Assembly (NCBI GenBank): GCA_030264375.1
Contig: JASCQW010000122.1
Coordinates: forward strand, 22,898,517-22,962,371
Direction: 5' to 3'
Length of the DNA stretch: 63,855 nt
Source of the DNA: Carcharhinus longimanus
Lineage: Eukaryota
Shown piece after piece: positions 36,329 through 48,900 of this stretch. Numbering within the stretch: the first letter of the stretch is position 1; the number at the start of each line of letters is the position of its first letter. The notes under the pieces are model-generated. The model did not search any database and had not been told where the DNA came from. It was given only the letters and a program-made list of their open reading frames with translations. Made by a program: the position numbers and the translations under genes.

Positions 36329-36377
36329 CATTGGTTTCCCCTGCCTGCTTTTCCCTTTTCCTCTTCTTCCTCTTGCC
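36329..36377 (-). CDS. TCF7L2: TCF7L2 exon 12 (49 nt), basic tail/NLS: GKRKKRKREKQAGETN
   Basis: Acceptor ctatttag|GGCAAG, donor CAATG|gtaagt. Confidence 0.96.
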
Positions 36378-36741
36378 CTAAATAGGAAGAGACAAAAGAA
36401 AAAGAAATGGAGGAGGGGAGAAANNNNNNNNNNAAAATAGCACAAACTCAGTTTGTCCATTTGGTTCAGAGAACCACATCAATCAGAATCAAAAACATCT
36501 CAGAAGAATAAAATTGCCCCTTCCGATCAACTCTGTGAAACAAAGCTACGTGAAGGACAGCTCTGTGGTGCACATACAAGCTTCTCAAGATGGGAGGACA
36601 ATGTTGACTTCATCTTGGTCATTATTTGTAACATTAGACTGACATGTATGATGTGCACACTGCTGGGCCTGTGGAGAACAAAAAATAAATAAATGGGAGT
36701 GGGGGCAGGGAACAGGGAAGCATGTAGAGAACGAAACTTAC

Positions 36742-36849
36742 ATAGTTATCTCGTGCTGACCAGCCCGGGTAGAGTTGCATGTGAAGCTGCCGTTCCTTTC
36801 TGGCTAACTCATAGTACTTTGCTTGTTCTTCTCTAGACAAAGCATGCCA
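36742..36849 (-). CDS. TCF7L2: TCF7L2 exon 11 (108 nt), second half of the HMG box: [36 protein letters not shown]
   Basis: Acceptor ttctcag|TGGCAT, donor AACTAT|gtaagt; ORF 36634..36840. Confidence 0.98.
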
Positions 36850-37541
36850 CTGAGAATAAACAGGGTTGGATGTAGGAGAAATAGATCACATTAATACTTG
36901 CATATAAAAATGCCTGAAAAGGTTAATGCATAATAACTGGGATGTGTATCACAATATAATGAAAAGCATCAACATTAGCACCATGTTATATCTGAATAGA
37001 TTCATTTACTGTGGAGAAACACCCCCCCCCACCACCCCCAACAGAATTCATTGTAAAAGCAGAATAAGGAGACTCATCAGCTATATATTAAGTGTTTGGA
37101 GGAGGGCCAAAAGAGGAACTATTCAACTAAAATAAAAATGAACCATCAAAATCAAGAAAAGATGTACTAATATTGTAAGGGCTTTTTAAGAAGTATGGCA
37201 CAGCATGTTTAATCATTTCACAGCTGAGATGGAGTTCTTAAATTGAGAAGCTGAAGTGAATATAGAGGTTAATAAAAGTGGACAGGTATTTACTTTATCT
37301 GTGTAACACTCCTCTCCATGCTATTTTAAAGGAAGCATTAAACCATTCATTGATTTTCACATGCTGTCATTCACTATTATTGGCAACACTTGCTTCCAAT
37401 TCCTAAGGAGTGTTGATCCCAAATTGAGATATGAAAAAAGTAATGGCCAGTGTAAAAAAAAAATCACCACTCACTGACTACCCTGATCACCAAGATTACA
37501 TTTCTAACCTGGTCTTGTGCAACGTGGTTTAAGCTACTTAC

Positions 37542-37704
37542 CCTTCGGCCAAGGATCTGATTGATGGCCGCACTCTCTTTCAGCGTGCACTCTGCTACTA
37601 CCTTTGCTCTCATTTCCTTCATGTACAACATGAATGCATTCAAAGGTTTCTTTATGTGTGGCTTTTTCTTTTCCTCTTCTTTTTTGGCATCCTGATGATG
37701 TTTC
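37542..37704 (-). CDS. TCF7L2: TCF7L2 exon 10 (163 nt), first half of the HMG box: [54 protein letters not shown]
   Basis: Acceptor ttctcag|GAAAC, donor GAAGG|gtaagt; manual translation gives the canonical TCF/LEF HMG box. Confidence 0.98.
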
Positions 37705-37965
37705 CTGAGAAAATGAAAACAGTTACCAGCTTCACCAGTAAAACTGCCATTTCTTTCTAAACAAAAGGCTACATTTTAAATGATTCAATATTAAAATCAC
37801 AATAAGAACAGTAGGGTACAATGTGGAAGAAGCCCACATTTTAAAATCCAAAACAAGAGAGATGCACATTCTTGGAAATTTTGAAAAGTAGTTCAATCAC
37901 GGCAAATTTTCGGAAATTATGAAGTCTTACGGACATTAAGATAAAATGATAGGTTGGTGACTTAC

Positions 37966-38091
37966 GAGTTATTGAGGGATCCGATGTCGCTCTGGGAAGA
38001 CTCTTGTTTGACAGTTGGTGTGACTATGGCAGGATGAGGAATTCCCGTTGTGTGTAAACTGTGATGTGGTGGAACCATGTGTGGGGGGAAC
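37966..38091 (-). CDS. TCF7L2: TCF7L2 exon 9 (126 nt; 141 nt with the upstream acceptor at 38106): [41 protein letters not shown](S)
   Basis: Tandem acceptors acacag|TTTTCTCTCTGGTAG|GTTCCC, donor AACTC|gtaagt; ORF 37962..38189. Confidence 0.97.
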
Positions 38092-41000
38092 CTACCAGAG
38101 AGAAAACTGTGTAAATCAACAGAACAAAAATGAATGAACGGGAGGGATGGGTACATTTGATATATAAGCAAGCATACATGCAAGCACAAGCTGTCACAAT
38201 CACTATGTAGCTGTGATTAATAACATAAAAATGAATCATCATTATACAACTGTCGATTTGACTTTGAGGCTACGGATAGTGTTTATAGTGATAAAAAAAA
38301 TTACAATTTAAGCACTGTATAAATACAATACATTGCTACATAAATTCTAAGTCTTTCTTTTATAGATCTCTGTACAATAAGCCTTTCAAAAGAGCAACTT
38401 TGGTTTGACCCTTTTGACAATGTTTGCATTACCACCTGTCCAGGTTTATACATGGTCAAATTGCAATTTCTAGCATTATTGAAATGGGCTGAATTTTAGA
38501 CACACCAAAATCTTCCATTGAATCAAGCCAACAAAATCATTTCCTATTAACATAATAATGATATATTTACTGCTTCATTTCAAAATATAGCAAAATGATT
38601 TTGGAGTGAACATTTGTGTCCAATTACACAGCATGTGGGAGGCAGTTATTGTGTTAGCTGACAGATGCAGATTCTTTTTTTTCCTGGAGTGAAATATTAG
38701 CAGAGTGAGCAGTGAAAATACCATTTACAGTTACCACACAAACATAAGACAGTACACAGGTGAAGTATTTTATAGTACACTAGGGCTTTCAAAAGCTCAA
38801 GAGTATTATTCTTCATGTGATGAAGTGGTTACATTCATTTCATTACCTGAAGAGACTTATGAGGGTTCAGAAGTTAATGGACACTATAAAATGTCAATCT
38901 ATCATAAGGTGATTACTACCACACTATCTACAAAATATTTGAAATTTGGTATAGCTTTTGCATTATTTAATAGATATATCTACAATTGAACAAGGAAACT
39001 ACATTATATTATATATATATTCCATTGTAAAAACTAAAAATTCTAAACAGCTAATTATGAAAAAATCCTGACTGCTTTTATGGCTGCAAGCCAGAATATA
39101 ATGATGTGCATAAACTTGCAGGCCATGTTACGAACAAACTCATTTTTGTTCCACAGTGTCTCTGGGGTTTCTATCGCGTTCACTCTCACTTTATTTCACT
39201 GTTGACATTTTTCTGTTAACTGCATGTCATCTGCCTGACTTTGTTTTATGTGAGAGCTGTGGGAAGCTTTTCTCCCCCTTGCAAAAAAAACAGCCTCTTT
39301 GAGTTGCAGCTAGTTTGTCATTATTCCCCCTCCTCTCCCTGTGCAGTTGTTATCTCTCATCTTTCCAAGCTCAATTTTCCTGAGCTTTCTAAACCACCAC
39401 AAACCCACATTATGGTTTATACATGATGCTGATCCCTTTGAAGGCAGCACATTTCAGAGCGGGCCCTAGTCAGGAGAAGCACCTTCAGCCAATTTACTAG
39501 GCTGAGGGGCCCCGAAGCTCTAACATCTCAATCTAACAGGGTCACAGGGTGGCACAAGTGAATGTCAGCTATTGCTATTTAATTGCCAGTCTATGCCTCT
39601 CTGCTATGTTTAAAGTATAATGACCCATCACTTAATTCGAAGAAATCACTGCCCTACTACTGGATGGAATATATATCAAAAGGTGTGCTCTGGCAGGGCA
39701 TGGCGTCTACATTTCCTACGGATGTCATACGAATAATACAGACGTGTAGTTTCATCACCCTGCTACCGCACAAATGCCTTCTGTTCTATTTTTTTCATCT
39801 GAATAACTAATGTATGCCCCTACAGGAAAAACTGTTGAAGAACTGCTAAGTTGCTTTAATGACCGCCTTCAAAAAGCGTACAAATCGTGCTTCTTCCTTG
39901 ACAACTTGATCCCTCCCCACATTCTATTTGTGGGGGAGCAAGGGGGATAAGCTAAAAGACAGCCATGTGCACCCGGAAACTAGTCCTGTACCTTTCCCTC
40001 TTCCGAGATGAGCACCTTCTCACTCCTGTAAACTGGGGCCAGGCTTCCAGCTATACGATTGCAATACTGGAAAATCGTGAATATTTGACACATTCCTGAG
40101 AGTCATATTTTGCTATTCTGTAATGAACATTTTTTTGTTATTCTGCTAAACCTCTGGAAATTGTTAATTTTAAATGGTTAATTTATCCTGCCCCGATCTA
40201 AAGCTGTACTTTTACAAATGCATCTACTTAGTCTCTGGAGATGGGGAGCCTTGCCTAATAATCTATGCTAATTTAATTAACAGCTATCATCAAAATGCAT
40301 TAGCTGTTTCAGCCCATCAGTAAAGTCTAACCCTCCACCAATTAAATTAGCTGAACTCTAAATCAGATGAACAGAAAATAAACCCATCATTAGGAGCAAT
40401 TAGTGATTGCTTAAATACAGTGCTATGGAGTAGTTTGTAAATATACTTGTAGCCACTGGGAAATTAGCTAGTACTGGATTAATTGGGGCTGTGACGAACA
40501 GTCAGAGCCCCGATCAAAACAGTAGCTTTTCAAGTTCTGAACATCAGCTTCCAAGAGCTTTGATGTATCATCAATTACCAGTCTCTCTTATTGGTTTTGT
40601 ATGTTTGCATTTGTTGTGTATGCATATGGACATTAACATTGTACACAGGACTGGAATCTGGTGTGGTAATGCTGATGCATTGTAAACTTTAATACATGCA
40701 TATTTTATCCTGCATGGCAGCTACCTTGGCTAGTTAAAATTAGTTACAGATTTACAATACCTCATTACTTTATTTTATTTTACCTCCAGTATTACTAAAT
40801 ATCCATTTAAATTTTACATGGCTGGCACAATTAAATCTTGTGAAAATTATTGCATTTTTCCATTAAGAGGGTCTCATTACTGCTACAATACAGTTTACCA
40901 ATACCACAATTATACAATTATACTGAAGCCCACAGGCATAATTTGGTGTCAGCATTTGGGCTCCACACTGCAGGACTAAGTGAGACTATCATATAGGACT

Positions 41001-41144
41001 GGATGATCTCAGTTGCACTGTATAACAATGTAAACCTAGAATTTTATTTTGTTTCTTTTTTAAGATTTATAGAGCAAATAAAATAACTGATGGGCACTGG
41101 AACGGTTCCAGTGCCAGTCCAAATGTAGGTTACAGGATGGCTTA

Positions 41145-41442
41145 GGGCACTTCGGTTAGCACTGCTCTCTCATAGTGCCAGGAACCCAGGGTTCACCTGG
41201 GGTGACTGTGTGGAATTTGCACGCTCTCCCTGTGTCTGCATGGGTTTCCTCCAGGTGCTCTGGTTTCCTCCCACAGTCCAAAAATGTGCGGGTTAGGTGG
41301 ACTGGCCATGCTAAATTGCCCCTTAGTGTCAGGGAGTCTAGCAGGGTGAATATGTGGAAATATGGGTTAGAGCCTTGGGTAGAATTGTTGTCGGTGCAGC
41401 TTGATGGCCTGCTGCTGCACGATAGGGATTCTTTGATTCTAT
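41145..41442 (+). mobile_element. HE1-like SINE (CR1-type tail B)
   Basis: GGTTAGCACTGCT head; tail GGGATTCTTTGATTCTAT. Confidence 0.82.
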
Positions 41443-44129
41443 AAACAGGCCAAAGACTAAATTTGTACCAGTGCAGAAATAATTTCTGGAGAGATCCTAT
41501 GTAGGTAGTCACCAATTTGAAGGAGAAAACATACCCTGAATTCACTATCTTTTTGCAAATCACAATCAACACATTTGTGTTTGACATTGGGGGAAGCCAA
41601 CAAGTGGATGCTTAGCTCATCTGGACAAAATCCAAATGAAGGCCACACCCACTGAACAGAGAGTGATGCTGACAGAGGCTTTGGACATTTCCTCTACTGG
41701 CTTTCTCTATTAAACACGTAATTTGCTAACATAAGGAACCTCTAATTTGTGAAAGGAATGAAAAAATAAATAAATATATTATGTACATTATATATATAGT
41801 ATATATATATTATTTTGTCTTTGCCCCAAAATAAATTTAAGCAGAGTACTTGTCAGTGAGCTAGTTGGTGTGACATTCCGTACACACATTTTACAGAAGA
41901 CTGCTGGCTTTGTTATTACAAAATACTGATGCGTGCTTTGACTTTTACTCGATGAGCTGGCCAATTGACACAAAGATTGGATGAATAATGTGACTGGAAT
42001 AAGCTGATGTTTGTGTACAATGATGGCAGTGCACATTTAGGAATGTGCTGTGTATTTAATTCAGTTTGGGTTCTTTCTGCCACCTTTTCAGATTACTCTG
42101 GACGTATGGGAACATGTTGCATCGGGTCAGAACCAGAAAGCCACCAATCTGTGGCAAAGCATGCAATAAAATACACAATCTCAAGAAAGACGGTCAAACG
42201 GACATCTCATTTCTATCCTATTATGCTACAAGCTAACTAAGAATTCAACTAATGTGTTGGACTATGCTGAACCAAGGCCAAGAATTACTTTCTCCAATTG
42301 TCCATTTATGTTAATGGACCTAATAGAAGGGGTTACATACTGTGCTTAGGTTACCAACAGCTCTGAATTCATGTGACAGCTTAAATTAAAAGCAATGCCA
42401 AAACAACTGCACGCATTCAAAACTGCATTCATGCAGCTCAAAAGTTGCAATTGCAGGACCATACTTTTGACTGCACAGCCTCCGTGACATCAAAGGATGG
42501 TTGAACAGGCCAATGTGAAAAACCACATTATCTCAGGATCATTATCCCCATCTTTAAAGCGGAGTTCTATTTCACGAGGTGCACATGCGCTCTCTCGTTC
42601 ATACTTTCGAAGTGCCTGTGACTGAATGCTTACTGTGTCGAAGGTGCTTCCACAGCATTAAAAGGATATTCATTAGTTACACTGAGCAAGCATCCCAAGT
42701 GTTGGTTAAGATATTAAAAAACAAATTCACACTAGTATGACAATGTGGTCAGGTCATTGTGAGAATTGACACTCTGTAGATAAGATTTAAATGTATAGCT
42801 ACTGTATACTAAATTCACCAACTCTAGGGATAAAACAAGGGCGTCCCTTACCAGGAACAGAAGCATTCACCTTTTGTGTCCTAAAACTGTGTCACCACAA
42901 AATAGAAGTAAGGAAATGAACAGGAGGTCAATCATCATCTGAACTAGACACTCCTATATGTAGCACTCTCCATTTTTATTTTAACATTTGTTTGCAACTT
43001 TCTTTCTACTGCCACTGCAGGATAGTCTGATTTGACCGAGGGCAAAGTGTGAACTTCTGTATAATTCAAAACATTTCAATCAGCAAAGAATTCCAATTTC
43101 CCTTTTGGTTCATTTCCTATCCCTTGCACTGTATCACACTCAAAATCTAAACGTTCCAGAAGCTATAGTGACAGAAAGGTGCATAGCAATTTAGTTCTCC
43201 TAAATTAAGGGGTATTTTAAACCTGCAAATTTAACACAGTAATTTTGTTTTTGAGAGAGATTTAAAACACTCAAGAATGTCACACACTCATTAAGTATTT
43301 GGAAAATTCTGTGCTTATCACATTGCCAAATATAGTGTATAGAATGCTGCATTGCTCATCCTTTCAAACACCCCATTTTTAAGATTTGCTGGTTTGCCAA
43401 TACAGTTGTTGAACTTTTCCACATTGCGCTGCATTTTATGATTGGACGTGGAATATCTAAAAATTCTGTGATAGCTGACCACAGTGCAATGTGATCAACT
43501 GATAGGGTAGGGGTTTAGAGAGAAGCAGCTCCAGTTTTTAAATTAATGGACAACACTGAACACATCAAGTCAATAAAACCAATCAATTCCATCAGTCATC
43601 AGCTGGCTTTCAAAGAGATAGTTTCCACAAAAAATAATAAAAACTGATACTCTCATGGAAGTGGATGTCAGTACCGAAAGCTGTGGAATAATTTGGAATC
43701 GCCTTCTCCATTCACTCTGCTACACCAGCAATTGTTGGAAGGCCAAAAAAAAACTCCATATTTCAAGAACTGTTTTAATTCTTACAGTATTTATTTTCTT
43801 TTACTGTGTTAGAGAATCAATAATTTATCCTTCCTAGAGTCAATTCCTCAAGTGTAAAAACTGAAAATATATATGGGCAAAACGCAGTCAGTGGGGCTCC
43901 TGCTGATCAAAAGAGAAGACAGATTTAATAATTTCAGCAGGAATAAACTCTCAAACTATGAGACTCAAAATTTAAAACCCTGTCCACGGTCGATTTTCAG
44001 ACTCCTGCATCCCCTAAAGGCCAACTTTTTGTTACAAGCCCAGATTGTGCGCGGAGGCAGGCAGAAACCAAAGGTTGTCGGGTGCAAGGGAGAACGAGCT
44101 CCTGCAGCCGCTAAATTTAATTTTGAAAT

Positions 44130-44285
44130 TAGTCAACAAAGGAATGATCTGGATGCAAATTAAGGAAGCTGGAAGGTTATAGGCCAAGGACAGACAGAAG
44201 GGATTAGTTTAATTTGGCGTCATGTTCAGCACAACATCGTTGGGCTGAAGGGTCTGATCATGTGCTGTATTGTTCTGTGTTCTAC
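44130..44285 (+). mobile_element. CR1-like 3' tail fragment
   Basis: GGGCTGAAGGGTCTG...TGCTGTATTGTTCTGTGTTCTA. Confidence 0.6.
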
Positions 44286-45194
44286 GTACCAGGAGGTTCA
44301 AGTGTCCAGTAAGTAAAAATAATCAGTGAATATTAGTTTTTCTTTAGCAGTCCAAAGGCTCCTTGTAGGCACTTTTGTGACCAGTAGCCCACTGATATAT
44401 TAGTTGATGGCAGTCCAATAACTGATGTAACCTTCTATTACCACTGGAATGCTTCCTACTTTTGACAATGGGAGTCTATTACATGGATGAAAATATTAGA
44501 TGCTTTGTGTGTCGCTACCTCAATAGAAAGGAGTGCAAGCCTTTTAAGTGGAAGAGCAGCCAGCCTATTACTACTTTGAGTAATTCCATGTTAAAGTGGC
44601 CTTTAACCTGTGATGTAACAATGAAGATTATTACTCTCTGATCTGACTTAGTATGGCTCAAGTAGTGATAAGTGACTCTAGCCATAGGGTATAATAAATA
44701 TTAACTGCACTTTTCTGTCTGCAAGTGCTAAAATATTGTCCCTCGGGCTCCAACACTGATATAAAGTGTGCAATAATTGCAGCATGCTCTTGACACTTAG
44801 ATATTCCCCTGGGGGCAATATTTTAACCACTACAGCCTTGAAAAGCAGTCAATATTTGTGGACAATATAAATGATCTCCTTTCACAATGGTGCTGCAGTA
44901 AAAACTGCATTTCAAAATTGTGATGCACTATTTGCCAGTTCATTCATAAAGTGCAACACTTAGTTCTGAAATGGCATTTAGTTTATTTGCCTGTTTATTA
45001 CAAAGACAATGCAAATCGCACATGTCAATCCTTCCATTGCGATAAAAGGGAGTATTAGGAAATGACAATGTGTGTCCTCATTGAGTGAAGACAAAGGCAG
45101 GATGATTAAAACAAAAGAACTGTTGAGAAAACGCTTGGAGATCATCATCTGCTTAAAACAAAAAGTTGATTGCCGCCAAGGCAATTGTACCCAC

Positions 45195-45281
45195 CTTGAC
45201 ATGGAAGCATTGACGGTGAGTGCAGTGGGGTAGGGATGCCGAAATCCCCCTGTTGTGATTGGGTAAACAGGTTGACCTTGC
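45195..45281 (-). CDS. TCF7L2: TCF7L2 exon 8 (87 nt): QGQPVYPITTGGFRHPYPTALTVNASMS(R/S)
   Basis: Acceptor ttttcag|GCAAGG, donor TCAAG|gtgggt; peptide lies in ORF 44978..45361. Confidence 0.97.
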
Positions 45282-45891
45282 CTGAAAAGAAGAAAGGAAG
45301 AGAAAAAAAAATAACTGGAAACTTCTGCTGATGTAAGCTCACTCTCATTTGACCAGAACAAAAAGTCTTGTTGATTTCACAGCCAGGATCAAAGGATGTA
45401 AATAAAGAACAATTTTAATGTGCTAAATCTGATAGAACCAGCTAATTAAATTTTATAACCTCTGCTAATGTCAACAGAGACCTTCTCCCCAAGCTAAAAC
45501 TAGGTGTTTTGTTGTGATAATTAAAGGAGAAGCGGCGTTTGCTTTAATGGAGCCATCACAATAATTGAGGGCTACAGATCCAAAAGAAAACAATAATGAA
45601 TGTAAATTTATACCAAAATAAAATACATCAAATCAAAGAGCCGCCGTTCTGCTTCGGGCCTCTTTTGGTATTTAGAACTCAGTAGGAAAACATTAAATTA
45701 ACAGTCCTTAATTTGTAGCCTTTTGTCATAGTAACCAGTGTTGACAGGTGTTGCCAAGGGAGAAGCCCCATATGAATATGTGGGTACCCAGTAGCCAATC
45801 ACAGCTCATTACAATAATTGCACAATACAGTAACATGCAAAACTTTACAAGAATTAAAAGAATAAAAAGAAAAAGAACTGGAACTGCTTAC

Positions 45892-45994
45892 TGTGGTACT
45901 AACCATCCTAGTGGATGGGGGATTTGGCCAACGGTACCTGGCGAGAGTGGATAATAGGGCGAAATATCTGAAGGATGCGGAGGCCTAGGAATTC
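45892..45994 (-). CDS. TCF7L2: TCF7L2 exon 7 (103 nt): (G)[33 protein letters not shown](Q)
   Basis: Acceptor tttccctag|GAATT, donor CCACA|gtaagc; an internal alternative donor GGATG|gttagt removes the 12 nt encoding LVPQ (45892-45903). Confidence 0.96.
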
Positions 45995-48900
45995 CTAGGG
46001 AAAGATTAAAAAAAACAAAAATTAACTTTCAAAAGCACAAGTGATGGAACTAAGTTCAGAACTTCAAATGTGCAACTGATCCAGTTAGCCTTCCTGTTTC
46101 CAATTCCAGCAACACTTGGATGGAGACTGCATGGCAAGCCTTCAATGGCCCATTTGGTATGCAATCTCGATCTCTTTCTGCTGGAAGCTCACAACCCAAC
46201 CTAATTGCTGCAACTGTTACTTGTAAAGTTCCCTTCCATTCAACAACCCTGATACTTCCATAGTGTGACTTGAACATTCAGCTACGTCACTCCCAACTGC
46301 AATGCTTTGCAGCGCCATTTTAATAATGAGTGAATTTGATATTTATGTTTAGTTTTAGAGAATCAGTAAACTTCTGAGCTTTATGGGAGCATTTTCACAC
46401 CAGTGAAATCCAATGATTTTTGGTAACACAATGCTATGATTTGATTTGATCCATTCCATAACATTTATCCTTTGAAAACGATTACACAGGAATTATTATA
46501 CTTCTTACATGAAACATTTTTACATCTTTAATATATTACACATCTTTGTACGTTTTTTCACAGATATCTCAATTATGCCTATAGTCCAATTTATTATAAC
46601 CGAATGATATTCACTTGACACTTGATCCAGTTGGTTCTTCCAAACTCAACTTTTGATTAATTCCAGCAAGCCACGCAGAAATATCTGGTAAGCTCAAGAG
46701 AATCTGTCAAACTTAATTTATACATAACATATCTCATTTTCAAAACACTATGTCCACGGCCATTTTCAAATCACAAGGTCTGGCCTACACCTGCTTTTTC
46801 ACCCTGCAAATGAAAATCTTTTCCTTTACACCTACTCAGCCCTCACTAATCCCACAGCTCCCCCTCCGCTCATTCAACAAACTACACCCCCTCATGAAAA
46901 CTGACATGCCACACTCACTGTCCCGAGCCATCCTGGGCCCTTGCTGAAAAGAAGTATTTACGTTGGACCATGCAACCCTCTCAAATTAAAAACAATATGT
47001 TTTCTGGCTATTATAAGCACCATCTATCATAATCAATGCCGGGGTTGATTCATGTATAAAAATAGTAGAAATATTCCACTACATACCAGTCACACACTGA
47101 TAGGTGCAAAACAATCCAATAACTGTTGGTGGCATCTGGCCTGGGGCCACATATTCACAAGCAATTACCATTGTCTGCTGAAATCACAACTTTACAAGCA
47201 TCTACAATTTGCCTTGATTTGTCTTTTAGATAGTTTCTCCATGGAAATTATCTGAGAAATCGCAAAGAGTTGCCAGATTAAACACAGTTCCACCGCAGCA
47301 GCCAGATGTCACTATCAAGTCTCTTGTCTATCCAAAATAATACCATGGGAGATCTGCTAATATCTTAATCTTGCCTTATTTCTAACATTTGAAGTGCATC
47401 ATTGAGAATTATTCCACACAGCTCGCACTGAAAGGCAGAAAGAGGGTCAAAGAATTTGTTATCCAGAAGTTCAGGTAAGGAGATTACAACCATACATTCA
47501 CTGACCCAAATTGTGATGTAATGTTGTAAAATGTATTCTGGACCAAATCCTTACAGTGAGTCATTTTAATCAACTTTCCAAATATTTCTTCCAAAGCCCT
47601 CGAATCTCATTACATTTCCAACAGTCTCAAATGTTTCCCTGCAGTTTTACTCCAGGCATGCTATGTGTTTCACTTATGGTGCATTGTGCACTACGAAGCC
47701 ATTTGTTTCACTTACTGTGCATTTTGCACAATGAAGCTATTTATGCCCCCAACTAATCCCACTGCGTAAAGAAGGGTCAACATGTGACATTAATCACATT
47801 TTTCCACAAACATTTCAACATCTCTCTTGTATGGCATTATCTAACTGCACAATTTGTAGGACAGTAATGTTTACCTGGGTGCAGCCAGGGCAGTCAAGGC
47901 CACATGAAGCCAGCATAAATGTTCGGAATTCAATTTGCACAGCCCCTGTGCAGTGTTAATTATTGATATGAAAACAGCTAGGGCACTTATTTATCATACA
48001 GACAGAAAATGACTTAATTAACTGCGACCAACAAATGAGGCTTTTTCCCTCCACAGTTTTCATTTGAAGCTACAATATATATTTTATAATTCATCCACAG
48101 TAGCTTCTTTTTGTGACATTAAATACAAGATTATCATTTCTCTTTAAGGTACCAGACAGAAATTGATTATTTAAAAAATATAGAAAGCAAAAAGCATACA
48201 CGTGGGGTAAGAGTATGTGTAAATATGTGTGGGTGAGGTCAAGATAAAAGAGCCTGCATGCAAGAGAAAAACATACAAGTAAATTGTATCAGAAACTCAA
48301 ATAGGAAGGTTTTAACTAGATTAAAGCAGTTTCCTTAAAGGTCCAGGGTGTAAACTCACTGAATGCGGCAGTGCTGAGCCAGGGACTATAAGGTTACAAT
48401 TCACAAGCTGTACTTTGCCAGGGCAGTGATGGAGGAGCTCCAAATTGGTCTTTCTTTCCCAAGATATGAGGTGGAGCTAAACAGCTAGTTTTATTGCACC
48501 TGATCACTATCTCGCAATTCCCCACTGGATGATGGACAAGGGCAGAATCAGTCTCAGCTAATGTTAGCCCCGCCCCTGGCAAAGAAACCGTTGCCCAAGC
48601 TCATGTATGAAGAATGGTCACTTGCTGACACTGGCTGAACTTAAAAGGAAAGGGATGGGAAAGAAAAATAGGCTTCAATGAACCAAAACTAACTTTCAAT
48701 GTGAGTAAAGAAAACACAGCAATGTACGGTCAAGAGCAACTTCACAAGTGAAACCAACAATTCAATTATGCCAAGTTTTGCCATTATATTACAACCATGA
48801 CCATGGTACAAGAAGTACTTTGCTGGCTGGGAGATGTTTTGAGATCGTGAAAGGCGCGATATAAACTCAAGTTCCTTCTTTCATAAGCATTTCAATCTTG

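Larger units (their letters stand above)
28310..45994 (-). other. TCF7L2: TCF7L2 gene, 3' portion (exons 7-17 plus 3'UTR); the gene continues 5' beyond the last exon found
   Basis: Ten GT/AG-bounded exons translate to TCF7L2-specific peptides in the correct order and phase on the minus strand. Confidence 0.97.
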
